A stretch of DNA of 64,000 nt from Squalus acanthias (Eukaryota): NCBI GenBank assembly GCA_030390025.1, contig CM059435.1, positions 102,548,001 through 102,612,000 of the forward strand, given 5' to 3'. Each line of letters begins with the position of its first letter. The stretch's first letter is position 1. Shown in pieces: positions 11,465 through 22,703 of this stretch. Both the position numbers and the translations under genes were made by a program. A model generated the notes under the pieces. It did no database searches and had not been told where the DNA came from. It worked only from the letters and a program-made list of their open reading frames with translations.

Positions 11465-14361
11465 TTTGTCAGGGGGATGGGAAAAAGGGCTGTAGTCCAG
11501 GAGCCAGTGGTGAGTGTAGGGAGGTACTGAGGAGGGTATCAAGGTCGCAGGAATGTACCGGCAGACAGGAAGATGGCTTGAAGTGTGTCTACTTCAATGC
11601 AAGGAGCATCCGGAATAAGGTAGGAGAACTTGGAGCGTGGATTGGTACTTGGGACTACGATGTGGTGGCCATTACGGAGACATGGTTAGAACAGGGACAG
11701 GAATGGTTGTTGGAAGTTCCGGGGTATAGATGTTTCAGTAAGAGTAGGGAAGTTGGTAAGAAAGGTGGAGGAGTAGCATTGTTAATCAAGGATAGTTTAA
11801 CAGCGGCAGAAAGGCAGTTCGAGGGGGATCTGCCGTCTGAGGTAATATGGGCTGAAATTAGAAATAGGAAAGGAGCGGTCACATTGTTAGGAGTTTTCTA
11901 CAGGCCCCCAAATAGTAATAGAGATGTGGAGGAAGAAATTGCAAAGCAGATTATGAATAGGTGTGGAGGTCACCGAGTAGTTGTCATGGGTGACTTCAAC
12001 TTTCCAAATATTGATTGGAACCTTTATAGGTCAAACAGTTCGGATGGGATAGTTTTTGCACAGTGTGTGCAGGAGGGTTTTCTGACACAATATGTGGATA
12101 GGCCGACAAGAGCTGGGGCCACGTTGGATTTGGTACTGGGTAATGAACCGGGCCAAGTGTTTGATTTGTATGTGGGAGAGCACTTTGGAGATAGTGACCA
12201 CAATTCGGTAACTTTCACTATTGCAATGGAGAGAGATAGGGCCATACGGCAGGGCAGGGTTTATAATTGGGGGAGGGGTAATTATGATGCGATTAGGCAA
12301 GAATTAGGGAGTATAAGATGGGAACAGAAACTATCAGGGAAAGGCACAAACGAAAAGTGGAGCTTTTTCATGGAGCAATTACTGCGTGTGCTTGATAGGT
12401 ATGTCCCTGTCAGGCAGGGAGGAAATGGCCGAGTGAGAGAACCATGGTTCACAAAAGAGGTTGAATGTCTAGTCAAGAGGAAAAAGGAAGCGTATATAAG
12501 GATGAGAAAACAAGGTTCAGTTGGGTCGATTGAGGGGTACAAGGTAGCAAGGAATGAGCTAAAAAAAGAGCTTAGGAGAGCTAGGAGGGGGCATGAGAAG
12601 TCCTTGGCGGGTCGGATCAAGGAAAACCCCAAGGCTTTTTACTCTTATGTGAGAAATAAAAGAATGACCAGGGTGAGGGTAGGGCCGGTCAAGGACAGTA
12701 GTGGGAACTTGTGCATGGAGTCAGAAGAGATAGGAGAGGTGATGAATGAATACTTTTCGTCAGTGTTCACCGAGGAGAGGGGCCATGTTCTTCAGGATGA
12801 GAGTGTGATAAAGGTGGATAGGCTGGAGGTGGTAGATGTTCTGAGGGAAGATGTTTTAGCAATTTTGAAGAACCTGAGGGTCGATAAGTCCCCTGGGCCA
12901 GATGGGATATATCCTAGGATTCTTTGGGAGGCAAGGGAGGAGATTGCAGAGCCTCTGGCTTTGATCTTTGGGTCCTCACTGTCCACGGGAATGGTGCCAG
13001 AGGACTGGAGAGTGGCGAATGTTGTTCCTCTCTTCAAGAAAGGAAATAGGAATGACCCTGGTAATTATAGGCCGGTTAGTCTTACTTCGGTGGTTGGTAA
13101 GATAATGGAAAAGGTCCTGAGGGATAGGATTTATGACCATTTGGAAAGGGGCAACTTAATCAGGGATAGTCAACACGGATTCGTGAAGGGTAAGTCTTGC
13201 CTAACAAATTTGATTGAATTCTTTGAGGAGGTAACTAAGTGTGTAGATGAAGGTAGAGCAGTTGATGTCGTATACATGGATTTTAGTAAGGCGTTTGATA
13301 AGGTTCCCCATGGTCGGCTCATGAAGAAAGTAAGGAGTTGTGGGATAGAGGGAAATTTGGCCGATTGGATAAGTAACTGGCTATCTCATAGAAGGCAGAG
13401 GGTGGTGGTGGATGGAACATTTTCGGACTGGAGACCAGTTACCAGCGGTGTGCCACAGGGGTCGGTGCTGGGTCCTCTGCTGTTTGTGATTTTTATCAAT
13501 GACTTGGAGGAGGGGACTGAAGGGTGGATCAGTAAATTTGCTGATGACACCAAGATTGGTGGAGCAGTGGATGAGGTGGATGGCTGTTGTAGGCTGCAAA
13601 GAGACATTGATAGGATGCAGAGCTGGGCCGAAAAATGGCAGATGGAATTTAACCCTGATAAGTACGAGGTGATTCATTTTGGTAGGGCAAATTTGAATAA
13701 GGATTACAGGGTCAACGGCAGGGTTCTGAGGAACGTGGAGGAGCAGAGGGATCTGGGGGTTCATATCCACAGATCTCTGAAGGTTGCCACTCAAGTGGAT
13801 AGAGCAGTAAAGAAGGCCTATGGTGTGTTGGCGTTTATTAACAGAGGGTTTGAGTTTAAGAACCGTGAGGTTATGCTGCAACTATACAGGACCTTGGTGA
13901 GACCACATTTGGAATATTGTGTGCAGTTCTGGTCACCTCACTATAGGAAGGACGTGGAAGCATTGGAAAGAGTGCAAAGGAGATTTACCAGGATGCTGCC
14001 TGGTTTGGGGGGGAGGTCTTATGAGGAAAGATTGAGGGAGTTGGGGCTTTTCTCTTTAGAGCGGAGGAGGATGAGAGGCGACTTAATAGAGGTTTATAAG
14101 ATGATGAGGGGGATAGATAGAGTGGATGTTCAGAGACTATTTCCTCGGGTAGAGGCAGCTGTTACAAGGGGGCATAACTATAAGGTGCATGGGGGGAGAT
14201 ATAGAAGGGATGTCCGAGGTAGATTCTTTACTCAGAGAGTGGTTGGGGTGTGGAATGGACTGCCTGCTGTGATAGTGGAGTCGGACACTTTAGGAACTTT
14301 CAAGCGGTTATTGGATAAGCACATGGAGCACACCAGAGTAATAGGGAGTGTGATAGCTTGA
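11455..14361 (+). CDS. CR1 ORF2: APE-type endonuclease + reverse transcriptase
   Basis: Stop-free frame (ORF track 11344-14361): CVYFNARSIRNK, AITETW, VMGDFNFP, SDH (endonuclease); KSPGPDG, YRPVSLTS, DFSKAFDKV, GVPQGSVLGP, FADD (RT). The true start is uncertain because there is no AUG before 11953. Confidence 0.95.
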   Translation, partial: FKLICQGDGKKGCSPGASGECREVLRRVSRSQECTGRQEDGLKCVYFNARSIRNKVGELGAWIGTWDYDVVAITETWLEQGQEWLLEVPGYRCFSKSREVGKKGGGVALLIKDSLTAAERQFEGDLPSEVIWAEIRNRKGAVTLLGVFYRPPNSNRDVEEEIAKQIMNRCGGHRVVVMGDFNFPNIDWNLYRSNSSDGIVFAQCVQEGFLTQYVDRPTRAGATLDLVLGNEPGQVFDLYVGEHFGDSDHNSVTFTIAMERDRAIRQGRVYNWGRGNYDAIRQELGSIRWEQKLSGKGTNEKWSFFMEQLLRVLDRYVPVRQGGNGRVREPWFTKEVECLVKRKKEAYIRMRKQGSVGSIEGYKVARNELKKELRRARRGHEKSLAGRIKENPKAFYSYVRNKRMTRVRVGPVKDSSGNLCMESEEIGEVMNEYFSSVFTEERGHVLQDESVIKVDRLEVVDVLREDVLAILKNLRVDKSPGPDGIYPRILWEAREEIAEPLALIFGSSLSTGMVPEDWRVANVVPLFKKGNRNDPGNYRPVSLTSVVGKIMEKVLRDRIYDHLERGNLIRDSQHGFVKGKSCLTNLIEFFEEVTKCVDEGRAVDVVYMDFSKAFDKVPHGRLMKKVRSCGIEGNLADWISNWLSHRRQRVVVDGTFSDWRPVTSGVPQGSVLGPLLFVIFINDLEEGTEGWISKFADDTKIGGAVDEVDGCCRLQRDIDRMQSWAEKWQMEFNPDKYEVIHFGRANLNKDYRVNGRVLRNVEEQRDLGVHIHRSLKVATQVDRAVKKAYGVLAFINRGFEFKNREVMLQLYRTLVRPHLEYCVQFWSPHYRKDVEALERVQRRFTRMLPGLGGRSYEERLRELGLFSLERRRMRGDLIEVYKMMRGIDRVDVQRLFPRVEAAVTRGHNYKVHGGRYRRDVRGRFFTQRVVGVWNGLPAVIVESDTLGTFKRLLDKHMEHTRVIGSVIA

Positions 14362-14576
14362 TCTTGGTCTCGGACAATGCTCGGCACAACATCGAGGGCC
14401 GAAGGGCCTGTACTGTGCTGTACTGTTCTATGTTCTATGAGGGAGAAGGGAATAGAGGGTTATGCTGATAGAGTTAGATGAGGGAAGATGGGAGGAGGCT
14501 CGAGTGGAGCATAAATATCGGCATGGACTGGTTGGGTCGAATGGCCTGTTTCTGTGCTGTATCTCCTATGTAATCC

Positions 14577-14960
14577 GTGACTGAGTTGGTAGCTATCTCG
14601 CTTCTGATTCAGAAGTTTGTGGGTTCAAGCTCCACTCCAGAGATTTGAGCACAAAATCTAGGCTGACACTCCAGGGCAGTATTGAGGTGGTCCTGCAAAA
14701 GATCCCACGACAGTATTCGAAGAAGAACAGGAGAGTTCTCCCTGGTGCCCTGGCCAATATTTATCCCTTTACCAACGTCACTAAAAACAGATGAGCTGGT
14801 CATTTGCTTCATTGCTGTTTGTGGGATCTTGCTGTGTGCATATTGATTGCCGCGTTTCCTACATTGCAACAATGACTACACTTCGAAAAAATACTTAATT
14901 GGTGCTTTCAGACATCCTGAGGTCATGAAAGGTGCTATATAAATGCAAGTTCTTATTTTT
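14577..14960 (+). mobile_element. tRNA-headed Deu-domain SINE (SacSINE1/AmnSINE-like) with L2-type tail
   Basis: GGGTTCAAG.TCCACTCCAGAGA.TTGAGCACAAAATCTAGGCTGACACTCCAG head; tail GGTGCTATATAAATGCAAGT; same family as 51577-51960. Confidence 0.75.
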
Positions 14961-16129
14961 TTTTATCTTAATGATTAGCCCAAGTTTCTCCAGTCTTTTC
15001 CCTAACTTAGTCCTCTGATGCGAGGGATCAGATTCACGCCGCTTTTCATTGGAATGTTCTCTTGTGTCTTGCTGACCATTACTGGAGACATACGCAACTT
15101 GCAGATTAACCAGAGCGCTGTACAGTTGAAGCATGGTTTCCTTCAACTACTAATCTACTATTTTGATGATGTAGTTCAGTGTTCGATTTGCTTTGTTGGC
15201 CACTATTCAGCAGATGTTGAACATTTTAAGCACCAAGTGGACTAATATCCCTAAATATTTTTCAGCTTCACCCTTAGCTATTTCAACATTATTCCTGGAG
15301 GACTTACATCAACCATTTTTTTTAATGTTTATATGAAGTATTTTACAGTATATTAATTTCATCTGTCACAGTTTTGCCCACTTACATATTTTATCTGACT
15401 CATTTTGTAATTCCCATGTGCTTCTTCAGATTGAACTGGCCCCCTGCCCCCCCTCCCCCTCCACTTTTACTATCATCTGTTATACAAGATAGGTTGAAAA
15501 CAGACAGAAAGTATGATTATGTAAAATGGAAAGGGTTAGTCTATTTTTTCTGTTCAGTGCTTTTGCATTTTTTTTCCACATAAATGCATTTTGAGTTGAT
15601 CACTTGAATAGGAATTTCATAGGCATCATGGTATTTATTAAAAGCAAACTGGAAATTGAGTGGTGCAATGGTTTAGAACTGGAGACAAGCTCTGAGGCAT
15701 TTTCCAAATCCAGTTTATTTAATCAATAGCCAAATGTTGGCTGAATTTAGTTTAGATTCAGACTTGCTTGTCTGCTAAGAAGAATTCTGGCACATAAAGT
15801 GAAACAATTTCCAATTTTTTTGGCTATTTTGCAAATGTGTAATGGTACTTTGGCACTGCACATCCTAAAAGAAATTAATATAGCATCTTTTCCTCTGGTG
15901 AGCTATATTTTCCCCTGCTCACTAATGATAATGAAAAAGTAGAGCTGTGGCATGTTAGAAAATACTAATGGACTATGTGTCCATATTTAGTGCTGATCTG
16001 TGGGTTCTCACCACTCAAAAGTGGATTAATAGGCATCAGTGAAAAGTGAGTAAAAGTCTATCTTTTACTTGTTGAGCCCTTGTTAAGGTAATTTAATGAG
16101 CAACTCAAGCAACTTTCTTCAGCTCCAAA

Positions 16130-16455
16130 TTGATGGTCGGAGAGTCCAGAACCAGGGGTCATAATCTACGGATAACGGGTAAACCATTTAGGACAGAAAT
16201 GAGGAAGAATTTCTTCACCCAGAGAGTGGTGAACCTGTGGAATTCTCTACCACAGAAGGTAGTTGAGGCAAAGTCATTAAATATATTCAAGGATGAGTTA
16301 GATATATTTCTTAAAGCTAAAGGTATCAAGGGATATGGGGAGAAGGCAGGTACAGGGTACTGTGTTTAGATGATCAGCCATGATCTCATCGAATGGCGGA
16401 GCAGGCTCGAGGGGCCGAATGGCCTACTCCTGCTCCTATCTTCTATGTTTCTATG
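16130..16455 (+). mobile_element. CR1 3' end
   Basis: ESRTRGHNLRI..FFTQRVVNLWNSLP; TTCTATGTTTCTATG tail. Confidence 0.9.
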
Positions 16456-16569
16456 AAAAGTATTTTATTCCAAGTCAGACTTGGCGCTGATGAACTTAAA
16501 GAACAGAAAAATGTTGAAGTATCACAACAGCAGTGACAGAAGTGAATATTGTAAGGCTGTATTTAAGGC

Positions 16570-17040
16570 GTAAACTTGAGGTCATCCAAAACTCGGCTGC
16601 CCGTGTCCTAACTCGCACCAAATCCTGTTCACCCTTCACCCCTTTGCTCGCTGACCTACATGGCCTCGCCCCTCCCTATCTCTGTAATCTCCTTCACCTC
16701 CACAACCCCCCTGAGATATCTGCGCTCCTCTAATTCTGCCCTCTTGAGCATCCCTGATTATAATCGCTCAACCATTGGCGGCCGTGCCTTCTGTTGCCTA
16801 GGCCCTAAGCTCTGGAATTCCCTGCCTAAACCTGTCTGCCTCGCTACCTCTCTTTCCTCCTTTAAGACGCTCCTTAAAACCTAGCTCTTTGACCAAGCTT
16901 TTGGTCACCTGCCCTAATTTATCCTTATGTGGATCAGTGTCAAATTTTTTGTCTTAAAATACACCTGTGCAGCGCCTTGGGACGTTTTACTACGTTAAAG
17001 GCGCTATATAAATACAAGTTGTTGTTGTTGTTGTTATTGT
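16570..17040 (+). mobile_element. L2-clade LINE 3' end
   Basis: IQNSAARVLTRT..GGRAF..GPKLWNSLP..SFKTLLKT; tail GGCGCTATATAAATACAAG(TTG)n. Confidence 0.85.
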
Positions 17041-17319
17041 ATTGCTGGTGAGGTTTAGCTGATTCAGACTTCTAATATGGATAGATGGTGAGAGAAAACA
17101 CAGTTGGGGAGATGGCAGGAGCAGAGGCCTTTTCAGTCTTGGTGTTGTCCTGTAGTGTGGGCTTTGGCTTTTCATCTGCTTTTCTTTATTAAGAAAATTC
17201 ATTTCTTTCCCCATCCACCCCACCACAGACACTCACAGACCAAGAATCATGCTCTGTCTGAAAGACAGAGCTGTCAACATTGAGAAAATGGGTCATTTTT
17301 AATATGATCCAATTACACA

Positions 17320-18600
17320 GCACATAATGTTAGGGAGGGGACCAAGACCGGGGGAAGAGTACATAACATCATAGTCCTCACCCAAGTGGAACACAAAACC
17401 CTGGAGATTAGTCACCCAGGCAGGCCCACGAGCATTTGAGAAGGCGAGGCTGGCAACTTATCTGAGCAGGGTGACTGCATATTACTTGTAACCCTTCATT
17501 CCCCTCAACAAATATTCATCAAGTTTCACAACTTCAAGCTGCATTTTCAAGACTGACAACTGATAATGCCCAGCTTCTCAGTGCCATCCTAACTCTTGGC
17601 CCCTTTCTCTTTCCACTCAGCCAAAAGACCTTCGTAAAGACACATTGGAGGACAATCCTCCTGAGGATACTCCATCACGTGCTTCAACAGACATTGGCAC
17701 TCTGCATGGGATAAATAGGGTGGCAGAGGGGTCTGCACATGGTGAAACACCCAGCACATGTGAGCAGCAGCAGGAACTGAGGACAGGGACAACCCACGAG
17801 GCAGCTCGCCAAAGGGAAAGGTCAACTCCCAGATCTGCTGAGCAGGACAGAGATAAGGAGCCCAACCATGAAAAGAAAACTGCTTGCCTCACACAATCAG
17901 TTATTATACCTGGTAGTGGAAGGCCTGCCAAGGAGTTTCATCACTACGGCTGAGAGTGTGGAGGAGGCTGCTTCCGGCCTATATGGTGTTATCTCACATG
18001 GCATCAGCACTTTGCAGTCTACCTTGGAAAGTGTGGCCACCTTCAGGGACACTGCAGCCGGTCTCTCACAAAGGAGGTCGGTGTCACCAGCCTTTGCAGC
18101 TTTGGTGGAGTCTCAAACGGTTGCCATGCAGAATCTGGATTCCAACCTCTGTTCCGCCTCGGAGAGACAGACCTCCGTCATGCAGAGACCGATGTCCAGC
18201 TTGGAGAAATTGGTGCAGCAAATGGATAAGGGCTTTCAAGGTTATCTTCTGCAGTCTGCTCTCCTGCAGATCAGTGGGGGCCCAAACCCCATGGGACTGA
18301 CAGTGGTGCATTGGGAGCCGTACATGCTGCCCCGTCTCAGAATTTCAACACGTCTGCTCCTTCGCCACCCCCTCAATCAATACCCACCATGGTGCCAGGG
18401 AGTCAGCTGGGCCAGACAGCCCCAGCAGTAGCTTAGGTGCAGCTGGGCCCTCCCAGGCTCACCACCCAGAAGTCACCAGCCATGAGAATCTCAAATGTCC
18501 TCACATAAGCAGCCTCCCATCAGCTTCGCTGAGGCCACTAAGGGGGAAGCTCATAGAAGTAGTAGAGTTAGGAAAGCTTTTTATAAGAAAGGCACCATGG
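17320..18600 (+). pseudogene. Decayed Myb/SANT-like (DNA-binding partner) gene of a PIF/Harbinger transposon, C-terminal exons
   Basis: 17320-17470 translates AHNVREGTKTGGRVHNIIVLTQVEHKTLEI..EGEAG (the AHN..TGGG..LT..E..LE motif following Myb/SANT-like domains); GT donor at ~17471, pyrimidine tract + CAG at 17620, then broken low-complexity/coiled-coil frames. Confidence 0.6.
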
Positions 18601-18689
18601 GTTGACACTTGGGTGAGAAATGAATGGAAGGCAATTAGTGTGTCAGGAATTAAATTCATCACCTTAATCACATGTGGCATTTTGGTCTA

Positions 18690-19252
18690 CAGTGTGCTTT
18701 CATTGCAGATTCTGGCTGGATGGTTTCAATGTTCTTTAATTCTTCGTCCGGTGAGGACTGCGGCTGTTGCTGTGCCTCCTCAGACACAAGACTCTCTGTA
18801 CGGCTCGGTTGTGCAGGATGTAACGCACTACTATGCTGCAGGAGGCTCTTTATTGGGCATATTGTAAGGAGCCCCCAAATCTGCTGAGACACCCGAGTCT
18901 CTGCTTCAGCAGCCCTCTGGTGTGCTCAATGAACATTCTGGTGGTCCACTGGCTTTGATTCTACCTGTGCTGCTGAGGCATGGTGTGGTTGCGAAAGGGT
19001 ATCATGAGTAGGAATAATCCCTTGTCCCTCAGCAGCCATCCTGCCACGTTCCTGGAAGGGTCAAACATTGGAGGGAAGGTGGACTGTCAAAGGATAAATG
19101 CATCATTACAGCTGCCTGCGTACCTTGCACAAACTTGCATGATCGTGTTTCGGTGATCGGACACAACCTGGACATTAATGGAGTGGTAGCCTTTTCTATT
19201 CATGAATTCTGCTGGCTGGTGTTCTGATGCCCTGATGGCAACATGTATGCAG
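18690..19252 (-). pseudogene. Decayed PIF/Harbinger (HARBI1-like) DDE transposase
   Basis: Minus strand reads CIHVAIRAS..FMNRKGYHSINVQVVSDHRNTIMQVCARYAGSCNDAFIL*QS..GWLLRDKG..CLSRFGGSLQY..ILHN, with stops and frameshifts. Confidence 0.9.
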
Positions 19253-20684
19253 CCCGCTGCCTGCTCCCCTTATCGTAAACTGAATTTGGCAAGTGGTCCT
19301 TCAAAAGACATTAGATCCCTCAAGTACATGTGCAAGGGGCCTAGCGCTTGTTTTAGGCGGCTGGCCGACAATTTTAGCAGTCGCCCGAATGCCTGCATAG
19401 GTTAGGTGCAGGTAGTCCCGCTGATAAATAGATATACATTGCACCTGTTTTACGCCCGAAACATGGGTGCAACACATACCAATTTCTACTCCTTTGTCTT
19501 CTTCCAATGAGAAGGATATGATTTGCATTATAGTCGCGAATAGAGCATCAGTGACCTTCTTGGTAATTAGCTGCCTGACTAATGTGGCAAAGGTCACCAG
19601 ATGTTGCCTGGAAGGATTCAGTTGTAAAGAAATTCAAGGTAGTGGTGATTTTGGGGGTACTTTTTGGTTTGGGCGTAGGTTGGAAAATGGCAGTCGTGGA
19701 TCGGTTGCCTATCTGATTTTCCTTTCTATTGACTTTACCCAATGCTGGTCATTGAAAAATATAACCCATGGAGTCAGTAGCTGGAACAGAACATTGGTGG
19801 CAAAATAAAGGAGGAATGAAGCCAGATTCCAAATTTATCTCAGCATTCATTCCTATTTAGAGCACTCTTTTTTCATTGCGAAGGGTTCGGTTCAAATTCA
19901 GCCGAGGCCTGTCTCTGATGGTCTGTTTCTTAAGATTCAAAGTGAATACAGGCATTTTTAATGCAGTTTCCGGTGGATGAGTCCATGCCACAAAATTCTT
20001 CATAAATCAACACTAATCTGTCTCTAGTGCAGTAAAGCAAACTCTTCAGTGGTTGGGTTGAGACATATTCTTTCAGCGGTGTTAGAGAAGCTCTTAAAAA
20101 CAAAATATATGTCAACCTTTTATGAGAGTGTTTGGTGCTGTCACTTGGATTCTATTCTCCAGTACTGTCAATCTTCAAGATTGCACAAAGGAGAAAAAAG
20201 TATATAAAACATTGTTATTTATTTCAGTTGAGGTCTACATTATATTGTTATGAGTGCATCACTATTAAGGAATGATACCCAGGATTTATAGAGCAGCATA
20301 TGGTGCGCACAGCTGGGGTTGATTTTGCTATGAAGTCTTAAAGTACCCTTTGTTGCACACAGTGGAATATCAAAGGGGCATCACTGAACTGCAAGCTTAT
20401 TAAAAAGGTTTTCTTGTCCCAGTCGTAAACGTATAAGCCTAGAAATTCTAATTGGGCTGCTGTGCCATGTGACCTGTGGAGGGGTGAGACTTCCACCTGC
20501 CAGTCTGCTCAGACAGTGACCCATCACAAATCCCGGGGATGGTGTCATTTGCATAAAAGGGGTGGCATCCAGACCATTGACAACACTCCATGGGTGCTTA
20601 GCCACTCTGTCGTGGGCTGCTCTGGCTGAACACAAAACTTTAACTCCTGAACTACTTTCCTATCGGTAACCGATCTTTCTGAGA

Positions 20685-21819
20685 TAGGGTTGCCAAACCT
20701 CTAGGATTGATCTGGAGTCTCCAGGAATTGAAGATTAATCTCCAGGACATTGCTGCGAGCAACCAGGGAGAAAAACCATTGGGGCTTTAAAAACAAATTG
20801 GCCCAGAAATTAGGCTCCCTGGCTTCCCGCGGGTGCAAGGATCCCGTGCGCACCTACCTACCGCGCCTGCCGTTGACCTCTGGGCCCACGGGGACTTCAG
20901 CTCCTGGGCCTCCCCCAACTGCCGGCGCGCAGTGCTTGTGTATCCCAGGGGCGCAGTTAGTGCGATGCGTCCCCTGGGATCACGTGGTCCATGGAGAGCC
21001 AATGGCAGCAGACCATCTTTCATTCATAGATTTGACAGACCTGTCAAATCTATGAATTGAAATCGGCCCCAAAACATCCCTAAAACTACAAATAAATTTA
21101 AAAAAAACATCACATTTTTAAAATAACTATAAGTTAAATAAATGAACTACTTTAAACAAAAATTAAAATTTTTGAAAAAATTAAAATACTTTTTAAGTGC
21201 TAAAAATAAACTTACCTTTCTTTAAAGTATCTAAAAAAGATCAACCTGTTGAAAAAAAATTTAAATTGTAATTAATTAACCACTTACCTTGTTGAAAACG
21301 GGTCTTGCGCCTCCTTTTTAAAAGCGCAGCTTCTTCAATACTTACCCTCCCAGAGAAACCTGAAAAAAACCTAAGTTCGCTGCGTGCGCGCAGCCTCTAC
21401 CGCGCACGCGGTTCACCTCTGAACCGCTCCCTTCACGAGACCGGAAGTTCCGGTTTCCCGCGCATGCGCAGTGCATGCAGGAAACCGGCACTTCAGGAGG
21501 CCTTACGGGTGAGTACGCAGCGGGTACTCACCCGGCAAGTGCCGAATTTTTGGCCCAGTGTGTTTCTTTTTCATTTTCTTTGAACACTGTCGCTTATTAA
21601 TTATAAAAATATTGGAGATGGGGAAAAAAGGCTGTTTGACAGAGTCAAGAATCATCCAATCAGGCAACGAAGAGTCTGTTCGCTTTCCAATTGGTGTGGG
21701 AGGCTGGTGCAGCATGTGGATGGATGTGTTGGCCGACCAATGGCAGGAGCGTGGGGGTGGGGTGGTTGGAGGCAGGAGGTCATGTGATGAAATACTTCCA
21801 ACCAGAGTTTGCAAACCTA
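20685..21819. mobile_element. hAT-family (Blackjack/Tip100-like) non-autonomous element containing a nested MITE
   Basis: TIRs TAGGGTTGCCAAAC / GTTTGCAAACCTA; 8-bp TSD TTCTGAGA (20677-20684) / TCCTGAGA (21820-21827). Confidence 0.8.
20800..21556. mobile_element. Harbinger-like MITE nested in hAT element
   Basis: GGCCCAGAAATT / AATTTTTGGCCC termini; GTCCCTGGGATCACGTGG is the reverse complement of 7536-7554. Confidence 0.8.
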
Positions 21820-22703
21820 TCCTGAGATCAATCACCATTGGGGAAATAGCATTGTGGGCCTGACCTATGACACTTGTACCTTGGCCGTACACTGGTAGGA
21901 TTTCCGGCGGAGACTATCATCCCGCCAGTCCTGCCTCTTACTGTGACGTCAGGACGGAGGAGAGCGGGTGGAAAAAGCTCCCGTACAATTTCTGTCGGAA
22001 ATTTTCAATGTGAGCCGAACAAGGCGGATACCAATCAGGAAGGGAATTACGCCCCCAATTCCCCCCTCCATGCCCAGATCGTGCAATCTTGCTGTAAAAT
22101 CATTTGTGGCATAAGAACATTATCACTTTGCGGAAAATGTGACTGCACAATAAAAATGTCATTTTGACATGTTAACAGTGCGTGTGATGCCATTTGTAGT
22201 CCATGGTTCTTCAAGTTCTTGCCCTGCCTGAAACAGCAGCAATTGTCCTTTAACCAGAGTTTGCCTTTCAGGAAATAAAATACTGACTAGTTGAGCTTTT
22301 TTTGTTGGTGTGCCGTGGTGATATTTGAGAGTCAGCAGCCAACAAAATACATGAAGCATTTATTCTGGCCCTTCAAGTAGACCTATGTCATTTCAGTTCA
22401 AAATCATTTCCAAGCCCATACATAGCCATAGTCAGTCAAATTTTGTGTTCTTTAATAACTATAAACATATACCCTGGAAGTCGGTTTCATAACCAGTTTG
22501 CCTTGCGACCTCCCTCCCTGCCTTCAACAACCTCCTAAAGTCTCTCCTCTTTGACCATGCTTTCAGTCTAATCCACTAAATTTCCTCCTTAATTCCTGCT
22601 CTGTGTACCTTCCATCTTATTAAGTACTATGAGACCTGGGAGCTCAGCTCCTGGCATTGACCTCCTCTCCTGGCATTGGCCTCCTCAGCGACCTCTTCCC
22701 ATT

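Larger units (their letters stand above)
10645..14437 (+). mobile_element. Young, near-full-length CR1 LINE (5'-truncated within ORF1)
   Basis: ORF1 plus uninterrupted ORF2, short 3'UTR with GAGGGCCGAAGGGCCTG stem and (TGTTCTA)n tail; no clear TSD. Confidence 0.95.
10078..14575 (+). mobile_element. Older CR1 3' fragment (10078-10644 + 14438-14575) split by a younger CR1
   Basis: GGTTAGATGAGCATA at 10630-10644 continues as TGAGGGAGAAGGGAATAGAGGG at 14438, rebuilding a CR1 3' end. Confidence 0.85.
17320..19492. mobile_element. Internally deleted PIF/Harbinger transposon remnant
   Basis: Convergent Myb/SANT-like and transposase remnants; probable right TIR CCAATTTCTACTCC ending ~19492; left end not found. 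Confidence 0.75.

Noticed and set aside
11655-13881. Multiple antisense ORFs over the CR1 RT
   Set aside because: Shadow ORFs of the coding strand, recurring in every CR1 copy, with no independent domain
19930-20115. Possible unannotated exon in unique sequence
   Set aside because: No recognisable protein motif and no convincing splice-site pair
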